Made by a program: the position numbers and the translations under genes. This document shows, one piece after another, positions 26,870-38,993 of a stretch of 64,000 nucleotides of DNA. The stretch comes from Azolla caroliniana (Eukaryota; Plantae; Polypodiophyta), in contig JBHGNT010000022.1 of the NCBI GenBank assembly GCA_043228905.1, positions 6,448,001 to 6,512,000 of the forward strand. Reading direction: 5' to 3'. Under the pieces are notes generated by a model. It did no database searches. It was not told the DNA's origin and saw only the letters and a program-made list of their open reading frames with translations. How positions within the stretch are numbered: the stretch's first letter is position 1; each line of letters opens with the position of its first letter.

Positions 26870-28824
26870 ACGAAGTCGAGGAATGAGAAATGGTGTTGAC
26901 GATTTGCGTGTTGTTGATCGCAAAAGAAAGACGAACAAAAGTTTATGATCTATGGGTTAGCAATGGAAGTGCAAAGGAGAGAGAGACCCAACCATCACAA
27001 GCCGTATCTTCCAAAGATGAGAGTGCATTTCTATCCACATATGACCGGTCAGACATGGCCAGGAAGACAAACGACCGGAGGGCCGAATGATGACCAAACC
27101 AAACGGACATGGATGGGCTGGATAGAGACAACGCTTGAATGAAGCAGCGATGGCTGGACGAGATTCGAGAGACATGAATCGGACAAACGACCAGAGACTG
27201 GTCAGACAGGGTCCACAAAGATGGAAATGATGGAACAAAGATGGAGACGACAATGAAGAAAGTGAAAGAAACGCCAAAAACAACGGACGAAAACATAAGG
27301 ACAAAGGCTGGAATGGCTGGACAGTGGGCGAGAGTGGCCGGAGTGACCGGATAGCAGCTGAAGTGACCGGAGTGGATGGACAACAGTCTGAGCGGCCAAA
27401 GTGGCCGGACAACAGTTGGAGCGGTCGGATAGGCCGAGAGTGGCTGGACAGGAGCCAGAGAGCTGAAATGGCCGGAGAGCGGCCGGACAGGACGACAGTC
27501 AAACATCATCCGTATGGTGACGACCTAATAAAGCAGCCGGAGCAGCCAGGTTGGGGTGGCTAGACAACCAACGACCAGAGCAGTGGTCCAACGGCAAGCA
27601 ATGGCGGCAACCGGATGGCTATGACAAAGACAATGGCGTCAGCCTCACAGTAGCCCGATAGTGGCAGTGGCCGAACAGCGGCCAAATCAGTGGCGATCGG
27701 ATAGTCGACGAAGAAATGGCGGAAATAACCAGAAATAGCCGGTAAGAACGGTCGGACGGACTAAAACGGACCGGGACGGACAAAGGGATGGACCGGAAGA
27801 CAAATGACAGTGCCGGACAATGACGGCGAAAGAAGTGGTTGAAAACAGGGCGGCAACTGGGAAGCAGTCGTTTGCGGTCGGGGCGGCCAAAATGCACAGA
27901 AGTGGCTGAAATGCAGCCGGAATGGCTGGAGTGGCTGAAATGCGGCCAGAAAGGCCGGACAACTGACGCTGAAACGACGGGCCGGACAGTGTAGGCAACA
28001 GATAGAGGAGCGGGGACAACCAACGGTCATGAGTGGTCGGTAGACCGATAGAGACAAAGAAATGGAGATAGTGAGGAAGAGACGTTGGAATGACAGAAAG
28101 AACGAACAACCGAACACCCGGACTGCTGGATCGCCAGAAACAGAGAAGGAACTAGAACACACAGAGAAGAAAGTGCAGAGTATAGAAGAGAAGGAAGAGA
28201 AGGCATAGAACAGAGGATGGAGAAAAACGAGAAAGGAAGAAGAAACAGATGAAGAGAGGAGAGAAAGGAAGACAAAGAGAAGTGGGAAACGAAAGCAGAA
28301 AGAAAGAGGAGGAAGAGGAAGTTAAAAGTTGAGACAAACGGCTAAGAAGGAACCGCAAGAATGACAAGAGCATGAGAAGAAACAGAACCAAGAGAGAGAG
28401 AGAGGAGAAAAGCAGATAGAAAACAGAAAAAAGAGTGGGAGAAAAAGAGAAGGATAAAAAGCATCCAAGGAATTTCGAAAAAAACCTAAGGGCATGTGCA
28501 AATTTTTTAAAAACGTGAGGGTACATACTAGAATTTTCAAAACCGAAAGGCACCAACGGAATTTCAAAAACTCATCAACCTAAAAGAAATGGATGTGATC
28601 CACACGCGACTCACAAGATACAAAGAAGAACACACATACATACAATATTTTTTTACAACCCAAATGATGTTACCAAAGTTCATAAGTCGACAGAAGGAGA
28701 ATGTTCGTGTCACAGAAGAGTCGCTGACCGACGGAGATGTTCGAGTCAAGCACTTCGATCGAGGGAGTCGATCGTTGAAAGGACCGATGGAAGTTCCGGT
28801 CGAAGAAATATCATCATCAAGGCA

Positions 28825-28865
28825 TGTGGGATCGACGTGCAAGGCACTTTCCCACGGGCGTGCCA
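28825..28865 (+). other. tRNA-Arg-like 3'-end motif at the PPT position of E3
   Basis: tgtgggatcga-cgtgcaaggcactt-tcccacgggcgtgcca, followed by tattg and then tgttacc. Confidence 0.75.
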
Positions 28866-29499
28866 TATTGTGTTACCCCGTACGAGATGTACAGAGAGTC
28901 AAGTGTGATGAGCGAGGGTCGAATGTTATCATGATGTTGTGTATGTGTGGGGGGTATAAATGTAGTTGTGAGTCTATACGTATGTGAACACATGCACACG
29001 TGTGTGCATGTGAATGGATACGAGGAGGTGTGAGTGAGTGTCAAGTATGAATGCTCAATGGGGCTTACACCCCTATGTATCTACCCCCTCTTGTACTATT
29101 TAACCCCTTATGGGGAATGAATGAAACATGAATGATCATTTTCTCTCTCAATCTCTCTCTCTCTTGTCATCTCTCTTTCTCTCTCTCTCCCCCTCGACGT
29201 TGAATCCCCTTGGGAGGGGGGTGGAGCCATTCTAAGCACCACCCCCCACCCCGCAATTCTTCTCAATGCACATGATCTCTCTCGCCATCAATCCCATACT
29301 CTCCATCATCATCATAACCACCATGTTTATCTTTATCATGATATCATCGTCCTTAACCATAACCCTAAAACCTATAACAATGTACAAAACCCTAGGCGTT
29401 CGCTAAAAGACAATTACCCCAAGCCCACCTCACACACAGACGTTTTCTTGCACACCCTGCTTTCATCGCTCCCACGCTCTCAAGCCCCCTCTCACTCTC

Positions 29500-32400
29500 A
29501 TCATGTTCATCGCTCCCACCGCTCTTGCTCACAAACCCTCTCTTGTCCTCGTAGCCCCTCTGCCGCACCACAACCATCTCCTTCCCTCACTCTATCTTGG
29601 CCTGGTCGAATCCTCCTTCCCCAATCTTCCACACAGCAGAACCCTGAGTCCATTATTCCTCTTGCAGCTTCATAGGAAACCCGCTCCTAGCTTCAGGAAC
29701 GAGGATTGGGTGGTTATTTAAAGGTAATCAATGCCCCTGCACACCCTGATGCCCAAGCGGTCGCACGCCGAATTCACCTAGACACAGTCACCAACAATAT
29801 GATTCATGCTGCCTTGGACCTGAAGCGAGGAGGTGATCATGAAGTCGAGATTCCCCCTTCCACGACCCTGAAGGAATACTTTGGTGCGTATTCCATATCT
29901 GGTAAAGCCTATCGCACCTACGGTGGATCCAACAAGGCATTCGGAGAACTCGCTCGCAACCTGATGGAGTACGCGTTCGTGCATACCAACCCTACAAGTA
30001 TGCCACAAAGCAAAGCGGCGATCATTATCAGTGCTTACGAGGGAAACAAAATTGACTGGGGAATCATCACAGGCGAAGGAATCCGGGCGGCGCTTGAATC
30101 CTTCCAAACCAGTAAGCGTTTGTTGCCTGTGATCAATCACTTCCTTACAGTCCTCTACCCAGCTCCTTCAATTTCTCCTCGTCGCATCCTGACCTCTCCA
30201 CCACCACCAAGGAAACAATGAGAGAAGATGTTGGAGATAACCCAGGAAGAATGGGAAGACCCCTCGTCTTCTCCACCTCCCGCAGGCGCTTGGAACCCCG
30301 CTTCCGCCTCGGCCCCACCCCCACCAAAAACACAAAAACAATGGGCGGTAACAGCAACCCGTGTCGAATGGGATGAGGCCGAGGAGGCCATCCCCGAGGA
30401 TGTCACCATATGCCAGAGGCCACCAAGGACATCAATGACCTCTCCACAACCGAGCCCACGGCCCACAAACCAGCAGCCCTCGGCCATTCGGCAGCAAAAG
30501 AGGAAATAGGCCGAGGAGCCAAAACCACCAACCCCGGACGCACAGGATCAGCCGTCAAAAAGACGTCGCATCATTCGAGAGGCAACCACAGAAACCGAAG
30601 GCGACCAGCGTCAGAAATCAAAAGAGGACAGCCCTACCTCCACGGACATAGTACCAGCGGAGTCATGGCTCCAAGTCGGTACGATCGAGCATGGACAAAC
30701 CACGCGGATATCAGAGGAGGAAGTCCTCGATTACAAAGATCTCCCCGTGGAGGCATACGAGTTCAATGCACTACTTCGACTGGGCACAACTTACGAGTTA
30801 ATGGATTTCCTCGTGCGCGCTCAAGTAGTTGTCGTCGCTCGTATGGTCGAGGAGGAGCACGCCAAAACAAAGATGATTCAACGTGCTCTAATGGGTGAAA
30901 TCGAACCTCACGAGGATCAAGCCTTATAGAAGATAGGACAGAAGAAGCAAGTACAGAATGCTTTGCTCCTCATGGAACTACCGGATCTTAACATGGCCTT
31001 AGTCGAGGCATATCGCAATCTACACCACACTACTCGGGCAGCCAAGGACATGGCCCGATGTATCAAAACGGCGCATGAGCAAGCCAAACGGGCTACCGAC
31101 CTATGGCAAGCGGCCGAGGAGAAATTGGAGACATTCACGCAGCAACAGCCACCCTTAATCCTCCCTGCGCCGAGTGACGTTGTCTCACCAGCCACTCTTC
31201 CGAACACGAGCCCGAGTGTGGAAGGTACCGTCGCACACAAAGATGACACCACCCACCCCAAGGTAGCCATGGTCGAGGCCAACACAATGATGGACTCGGT
31301 ATAGACAAGTGAGCCATCGTCACAGGCAGATATCAGCCCGCACCCCCAAACCAGCCAAGCCTCCACGCAAACGCCACCACCTCCGATCATCATGGAACGA
31401 GCGACACAGACATACAGGGAGTCCTCGGCCCAATTCCAACAAGCAGCAACCCAGACAGGGCCTCCCCTTAGGGACTACCAGGAGGAGCTTCAAGCCCAGA
31501 TCGCTCTGGCTGAGTTGGCAGAACAAAACCACAACAACATTCTTGGCCAGCAACGGGAACAAGCCACGAGCCGCGAAGCGAACCTCAAGCGACTGCTTGC
31601 TGAAAGGTTGGTCGCGCTTGAAGCACGAGAACGAGAGGTGATGACCCTCCAGGACTCTATCACTGAGGCTAAAGAACGTTTCATCAAAGAAACTGAGCGG
31701 AATAGCCAACGGGAACAAGAGCTCTTCGCAGACAACCAGGAATTACGACGTCATCAAAGAGCCTTCCAAGACATGGCCAACGAACACATGCAAAAGTGGA
31801 GGATCTCGGAGGAGCAACGAGAAAAAAATTCTGATGCATATCACCAGTTGCAAACCGAGCACATCACTGTCAAAGAACGACATCGGGATGCTTGGTGACA
31901 GGAAAGGGACGAAACTGTAGCTCAGTTCACCAAGCGTTATGAGCAGACCATCGCACTCATCACTGAAAAAGCAAAGGATAATCAAGCTACTTTAGCACTC
32001 TTCGCCCGCAAAAGCGAAGCAGAAGCCAAGGCCGCAAAGGAGGCACTGGAAGTTCACCATGCGAGCTTCGGCATGGACGATACCAAAATCAAGACCCTAA
32101 TCCACAAGTATCGCCAGCAATTCACCACGAAGATCAAAGAAACGCTTAACCATGTCTGGCAGGAGTGGTCAGCCCAAGCCGTGGACCTACACATACTACG
32201 TGCGGATGCCGAGAACCGACGGAAGGAGGGCCGAGGGTTTTACAAGATGGATGACACCAGCATCCAGACTCTCCGTGAAGACTTAACGGAAGAATATCAT
32301 ACCTTGGCAACATCCCACACCGCAGCCATCCAACAACTCTTGGAGGTATTCAACGACGATCTAATGATGTTTCGTTTAGAAGCCGAAGCATACGAGGAGG

Positions 32401-32693
32401 AACGACTCACTACCGGGAGTCACAGAGCTCCCACAACCACCGAGCAAGGAATGGAGTCACTCCCCATGGCAGTTAGACTGGAGGAACCTTCCCCTACAGA
32501 TCCCCACATCCCACCAGAGCCACAGATTATAACCCCGACCCTGCCTGAATTGGTCCCAACAGAGGAAGGCATACACGATGCCACCGTCATCCCCAACTCG
32601 GCAACACAACCTCCATCACCAACCCCACCTGCTGAGCAGCCAGCCCAACCCCACGCCCCCGAGGATATCCTCGGCATATTGGAAGAGGAATAG
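29500..32693 (+). pseudogene. E1 extra sense ORF downstream of pol (N-terminal globular domain plus coiled coil), fragmented; start approximate
   Basis: ORFs 29706-30221, 31392-31898 and 32073-32693 align with E4 ORFs 49000-49827 and 46915-48825. Confidence 0.8.
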
Positions 32694-32766
32694 AACCAAC
32701 CTATAAGCCCTCATAGGAACGGGCAATTTTTGTAATTCGTGTTGTTTTGCCAAATCCATGGTGAAC

Positions 32767-32807
32767 TGTGGGTCCGACGGACAAAGTCCTATCCCACGGG
32801 TGTGCCA
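32767..32807 (+). other. tRNA-Arg-like 3'-end motif at the PPT position of E1
   Basis: tgtgggtccga-cggacaaagtccta-tcccacgggtgtgcca, 2 nt before the 3' LTR (32810). Confidence 0.8.
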
Positions 32808-32809
32808 GG

Positions 32810-33266
32810 TGTTGTCCATAGGCCAAAAATATAAATTAGTTAAATGTAATACGCCGGTAGGTAAGGCGAGTAGGTAAGGTGGAGTTAGGTAAACACCGAG
32901 TTTCGAGCCTCACAGTCAGCCGACCGCTCGGCTCTGTATGAAGAAAAAGTATATAAACCGAGGTCTGCGTACCTCGGGGAGGGGGAGAGATATCTAGAGC
33001 CTAGGCGAGGTCGTTTCATAGTTATAAGAGCTTTGTAAGGTCACCGGCTATGGGCCGTGTTTTTTTTGTAATCATCACTAATTGTTCGCAGTAATACATA
33101 TTTACTAGCTCTTGTTGTTTTCATCTGTGTACCGTCGTTTCTAAGGTCTCAACTACGTATACGACCCGGGCTCTATTCCGGGTATGCTCTCCGTGTTCTT
33201 CCCCTAACGACGCCTCCGTGCGCAAGTCTTCACGGTACACTTCCCTTGATACCGATAGCTTGTAGG
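32810..33266 (+). repeat. 3' LTR of E1, left part (remaining 34 bp at 38955-38988)
   Basis: Matches 11442-11898. Split by copia B. Confidence 0.93.
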
Positions 33267-34040
33267 TGTTGGGAGACAGGTCCCTCCGGATGGGAAGGAA
33301 GAAGATCAGTGACGATGAACAAACCCGGTGAAGACCGGATGAGGAGTACCCAGCTACGGAGAGCCGGATGGTGCAGGCCCGGTATGAACCGGATGAGGAG
33401 TACCTAGCTACGGAGAGCCGGATGGTGCAGGCCCCGTATGAACTGGATGAGGAGTACCCGGCTACGGAGAGCCGGATGGTGCAGGCCCCGTATGAACCGG
33501 ATGAGGAGTACCCGGCTACGGAGAGCCGAATGGTGCAGACCCGGTATGAACCGGAGGAAGAGACATATTCGTAAATATGTTTCTGAGAGCCCATTGTGGC
33601 TATATTTGTAAATAGCCGAAAAGTCATATTAGTATAAATATGACTTAGGGCAAACTAATATTATGTTGTTGTCAATTTTCTGTATTACATGAGATTAGTG
33701 TGCGTAACGTTGTACAGAGAGAGATAGAGAGAAAGAGGTCGTTGCCTTTGTTGTAACCGCCACCTGTGGCGAAGAGCGTGAGTCCGAGGTCGTTGCCTCC
33801 GTGAACTCACTGTTTTGTACATTCATACATAGTGACAGTTTGCAGCCTGTGGGCTGCCGTGGTTTTTCCCCTAGTTTGGGGTTTTCCACGTAAACCTCCT
33901 GTGTACCATTTCTCTTCTTTGTGTTGCGTTTCACTACCTGTTTTTCTGTGTATGAAAAGAATCTCGGTTGTGGCCGAGTCTTGCGCATAAGGAATGACAA
34001 GTTCCTGTCAAGTGGTATCAGAGCGAAATCGACACAGAAA

Positions 34041-37000
34041 ATGGACGAATCGTTTGGCGGCATGTTCAAGCTCACCGGCTCCAACTATTCAGTGTGGAAG
34101 TCGAAGATGAGGGACATGCTCGTGGTTAAAGACCTCTGGCTGCCGGTTCAGTTCGGGGACAAGAGACCGGACAAAATCGACGCCGCGATATGGGAGGTGA
34201 TGCACATGAAGACAACGGCGTACGTACGGTGCTTCATCGACATGAGCCTATACAACAACTTCAATGAAGAGAGCAAGGCTCATGAGCTCTGGGAGAAGAT
34301 CGGCATAATGTTCCAAAACAAAAATGTTGTTAACCAGGTTTCGGTATTCCGGAAGCTAGTAAGACTCCGGTACCAAGATGGCTCCAGCATGGCGGAGCAC
34401 ATGAATGCCTTCCAGGGGCTGATACACCAGGCAACGTCATTGGAAGTACCTCTTGCCGATGAGGTACTAGCGCTACTCCTGCTCAGTTCCCTCCCGGATA
34501 GCTGGGAGACGTTGGTTGTCACTTTGGGCAACGCCGGGCTGGAAGGAAAGCGGTTATCCCTAGCAAGAGTAAAGTCGAGCTTGCTAGATGAGGAGGCGCG
34601 TCGGAAGGATAAAGATACGAGCTCCGACTCCAAAGCGCTCCTTACCGAATCGGAACGCGGAAGACATAGAAACCGTAGTCCCCAGAACCAGGAGAAGTCG
34701 GGGACACGGTCAAAGTCAAGGGGGAGGCCTACTTGCTTCTATTGCGGCAAGCCGGGTCACTTCCAAAAGAACTGTCGGCATTTCCGTAAAGACAAGGAAA
34801 CCGACGGTACCGATTCGAAGCAAACCCCGGACCAGAACGGTAAAGACCGGAAGGGGACGGACCGGAAGGGAACGACGACAATCGCGGCAAGTGAAGAAGA
34901 GTTGATGCTCATCACCGAGAGGTGTGAGATAAACCTTGCCGGCGACGAGATGACCTGGGTGGTAGACTCTGGAGCGTCGTTCCACCTTACCCCGGACCGG
35001 AAATGCTTCTCATCCTACTCAGCCGGTGATCACGGCTGTGTCCGGATGGGAAATGAAGGGACATGCCGAATTGTCGGCATAGGAGACGTGTGGCAGACAA
35101 CACCAACCGGATGCAAGTTGCTGCTGAAGGATGTCCGACACGTTCCGGAAGTCCGTCTGAACCTGATATCAGTCGGCCGGCTAGATGATGAAGGCTACAC
35201 GGGTAGCATCCGGAACGGTGTCATGAAGTTCAGCAAAGGGAGCCTGATTGTGGCTCGGGTCCGGAAGGTCAACACATTGTACCTGATGAATGCCCGGTTA
35301 TGTCCGGAAGAAGTGAACGTGGCATCCAACACTGCCCGTGAGCTGTGGCACAAGAGGTTGTGTCACATGAGTGAGAAGGGGATGAAGAGGCTTGCAGACG
35401 ACAACCTCATTCCAGTGAAGAGCGTGCACTTAGAGAAGTGCACTGATTGTCTGGCCGGTAAGCAGAACCGGACCTCCTTCCGACCAAGGCCACCGATGAG
35501 ACGTATTGCACCACTGGAGTTGGTGCATACGGATGTGTGTCAGGTAGACACGAAGTCACATGCCGGAGCGCAGTACTTCGTGACGTTCATAGATGACCAC
35601 AGCCGGAAGTTGTGGGCCACACCGTTGAAGACGAAGGATCAGGTGTTATCCGTCTTCAAAGAGCTCCACGCGAGAGTGGAAAGAGAAACCGGCCGGAAGC
35701 TGAAGGCGGTTTGAGTAGATAACGGAGGAGAATACCAGGGGCAGTTCGAGGAGTACTGCCGCTCGAAGGGAATCAGGCTCGAATTTACCGTGCCGAAGAC
35801 GCTGGAACTAAACGGACTGGCCGAGAGGATGAACCGGACCATAATGGAGAGGGTTCGGAGTATGCTAGCGCATGCGAAACTACCCAAGAAGTTTTGGGCT
35901 GAGGCACTGTCGACGGCGACATACGTGATAAATAGATCACCCTCAGTACCCTTGGACGGAGACACGCCACAGAGAGTATGGACCGGTAAGGAAGTGTCCT
36001 ACCGGCATCTGAGGGTGTTCGGGTGTCTCGCGTACGTGCATGTAGCAAAGGACCGGAGAGGAAAGTTAGATCCAAAGACCCGGCCATGCATATTCCTCGG
36101 TTACGGTGACGATGAGTTCGGCTACCGAGTGTGGGACCCGGTCGACAAGAAGGTATTCCGGAGTCGAGATATTATCTTCATGGAGGACAAGACGCTCGCC
36201 GACTGGGAGTCGGAGAAGAAGATAATGAACTCTGAGTCGACCGGTAAGGATAGACTCTACGATGAGCAGACCCAACCGGCAAGAGACCGGTTAGCACTCG
36301 AGGAACCAGCCGGTTACGGTGAGGATACCGAACCGGCAGAAGAAGAAGTAGAGGAAGCTGAGACCGGAACCGGCCAAGACCCCGAATCGGATGAGGATGA
36401 GGAGCAAATGGAGGAGCCGGTTACCGAAGCCCGAAGACGTAGATATCCTCTCAGAGAGAGAAGGGCCCCCCGGAGATTTCCGGATTCAGAGCATGTTCTG
36501 CTGACCGATGAGGGGGAGCCAGAAAGCTTCGAAGAAGTGAAGGAAGACACCCACAGCCAAAAATGGTTAAGTGCCATGCAGGACGAGATGGATTCCCTGC
36601 ATGAGAACCATACGTATGAATTGGTGAAGTTGCCGAAAGGAAAGCGGGCACTCCGAAACAAGTGGGTGTACAAGTTGAAACCGGGAGATGCCGGCAACCC
36701 CCCGAGATACAAAGCCAAGATCGTGGTGAAGGGGTTCCAGCAGAAGAAGGGCGTGGAGTTCAACGAGATATTTGCCCCAGTAGTAAAGATGACCTCCATC
36801 CGGACGGTGCTGAGTATAGCAGCAAGCATGGACCTCGAGGTAGAGCAGCTGGACGTGAAGACGGCATTCCTTCACGGTGACCTCGAAGAGGAGATCTACA
36901 TGCAGCAACCGGAAGGATTTGTGGAGAAAGGGAAGGAGCACCTGGTATGCCGGTTGAAGAAGAGCCTGTACGGACTGAAGCAGGCTCCTCGGCAATGGTA

Positions 37001-38087
37001 CCGGAAGTTCGACTCCTTCATGACCGATCAAGGGTACCACAAGACACAGGCCGATCACTGTGTGTTTGTGAAGAAGTTCGAAGGAGGTGACTTCTTAATA
37101 CTCCTCCTGTACGTGGATGACATGTTGATCGTCGGACGTGACCAAGTCAAAATACGGATGCTGAAGAAGGCTCTCAACCGGACCTTCTCAATGAAAGACT
37201 TGGGTTCGGCAAGACAGATGTTGGGGATGCACATCATCCGGAACCGGTCAGCGAAGCAATTATGGCTGTCACAGGAGAAGTATGTGACAAAGGTGCTTCA
37301 CCGGTTCAACATGTCAGATGCAAAACCGGTCGGATCGACACTTCCGGCAAACTGCAAGCTATCCGGTAAGCAAAGCCCGAGGACGAAAGCAGAGAAGGCG
37401 GATATGATGAAGATCCCATATGCCTCTGCCGTCGGGAGCTTGATGTACGCAATGGTTTGTACCCGACCGGATATAGGATACGCAGTCGAAGTGGTGAGCC
37501 GGTTCATGAGTAATCCCGACAAGCAGCATTGGAACGCGGTCAAATGGATACTCCGGTATTTGAAGGGCACTTCAAATATGTGTCTCCGACTCGGCTCCAG
37601 AAAACCTCAACTGGACAGTTTCACCGATTCGGACATGTCGGCTGATGTGGATACCAGCCGGTCTACATCCGGATATGTGATGACATATGCAGGGGGAGCT
37701 GTTTCGTGGCAGTCGAGGCTGCAGAAGACGGTTGCATTGTCAACCACAGAGGCGGAGTACATGGCGGCTGTGGAAGCCGGCAAGGAAATATTATGGATGA
37801 AGGACTTCATCAGAGAGCTCAGTATCCGGCAAGAGGAATACCGACTCTACTGCGACAGTCAAAGTGCCATCCACCTTGCTAAGAATGCGGCCTACCATTC
37901 CCGGACGAAGCATATCCAGCGGAGGTATCACTGGATCCGGGAAAGAGTAGATGACCAGGAGTTCGCACTGACGAAGATCCACACGGCCGGGAATGGGTCA
38001 GATATGTTGACCAAAGTGTTGACACCCGACAAGTTGGACGCATGCCGGAAGAGGATCGGACTGGTAAGACACCCCATGCCGGAGTGA
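34041..38087 (+). pseudogene. Copia B gag-pol with one in-frame nonsense codon
   Basis: ORFs 33921-35714 and 35790-38087 share a frame. TGA at 35712-35714 corresponds to CGA (Arg) in copia A. Confidence 0.92.
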
Positions 38088-38165
38088 AGGGGGAGTTTGT
38101 TGGGAGACAGGTCCCTCCGGATCGGAAGGAAGAAGATCAGTGACGATGAACAAACTCGGTGAAGA

Positions 38166-38495
38166 CCGGATGAGGAGTACCCGACTATAGAGAGCCGGAT
38201 GGTGCAGGCCCGGTATGAACCGGATGAGGAGTACCCGGCTACGGAGAGCCGGATGGTGCAGGCCCGGTATGAATCGGATGAGGAGTACCCGGCTACGGAG
38301 AGCCGGATGGTGCAGGCCCGGTATGAACCGGATGAGGAGTACCCGGCTACGGAGAGCCGGATGGTGCAGGCCCCGTATGAACCGGATGAGGAGTACCCGG
38401 CTACGGAGAGCCGGATGGTGCAGGCCCGGTATGAACCGGATGAGGAGTACCCGGCTACGGAGAGCCGAATGGTGCAGACCCGGTATGAACCGGAG
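38166..38495 (+). repeat. 54-bp tandem repeat in copia B LTR (6 copies here; 4 copies at about 33335-33555)
   Basis: Unit ccggatgaggagtacccggctacggagagccggatggtgcaggcccggtatgaa. Confidence 0.9.
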
Positions 38496-38993
38496 GAAGA
38501 GACATATTCGTAAATATGTTTCTGAGAGCCCATTGTGGCTATATTTGTAAATAGCTGAAAAGTCATATTAGTATAAATATGACTTAGGGCAAACTAATAT
38601 TATGTTGTTGTCAATTTTCTGTATTACATGAGATTAGTGTGCGTAACGTTGTACAGAGAGAGATAGAGAGAAAGAGGTCGTTGCCTCTGTTGTAACCGCC
38701 GCCTGTGGCGAAGAGCGTGAGTCCGAGGTCGTTGCCTCCGTGAACTCACTGTTTTGTACATTCATACATAGTGACAGTTTGCAGCCTGTGGGCTGCCGTG
38801 GTTTTTCCCCTAGTTTGGGGTTTTCCACGTAAACCTCCTGTGTACCATTTCTCTTCTTTGTGTCGCGTTTCACTACCTGTTTTTCTGTGTATGAAAAGAA
38901 TCTCGGTTGTGGCCAAGTCTTGCGCATAAGGAACGACAAGTTCCTGTCAGTAGGCATATCAAAGGTGTTACCTACAGAACGGTTAACATACAC

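Larger units (their letters stand above)
24621..29265 (+). mobile_element. Non-autonomous or recombinant Athila-like gypsy derivative E3
   Basis: LTR 24621-25052 (related to the E4 LTR), PBS tggcgaccac 25060-25069, gag, no pol. A different LTR-like segment at 28871-29265. Flanked by atgca at 24616-24620 and 29266-29270. Confidence 0.75.
33267..38949 (+). mobile_element. Ty1/copia element B, inserted in the E1 3' LTR
   Basis: LTRs 33267-34010 and 38098-38949, TSD gtagg, PBS tggtatcagagc 34013-34024, PPT gaagggggag. Confidence 0.96.
11442..38988 (+). mobile_element. Ty3/gypsy non-chromovirus (Athila-like) element E1, about 10.25 kb once four nested insertions are removed
   Basis: 491-bp LTRs (11442-11932; 32810-33266 plus 38955-38988). 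TSD tacac at 11437-11441 and 38989-38993. Order gag-PR-RT-RH-IN plus an extra ORF. Confidence 0.93.

Noticed and set aside
38199-38513. Repeat protein (MVQARYEPDEEYPATESR)n
   Set aside because: By-product of a 54-bp LTR repeat. The sister family has a 28-bp unit that cannot keep frame.
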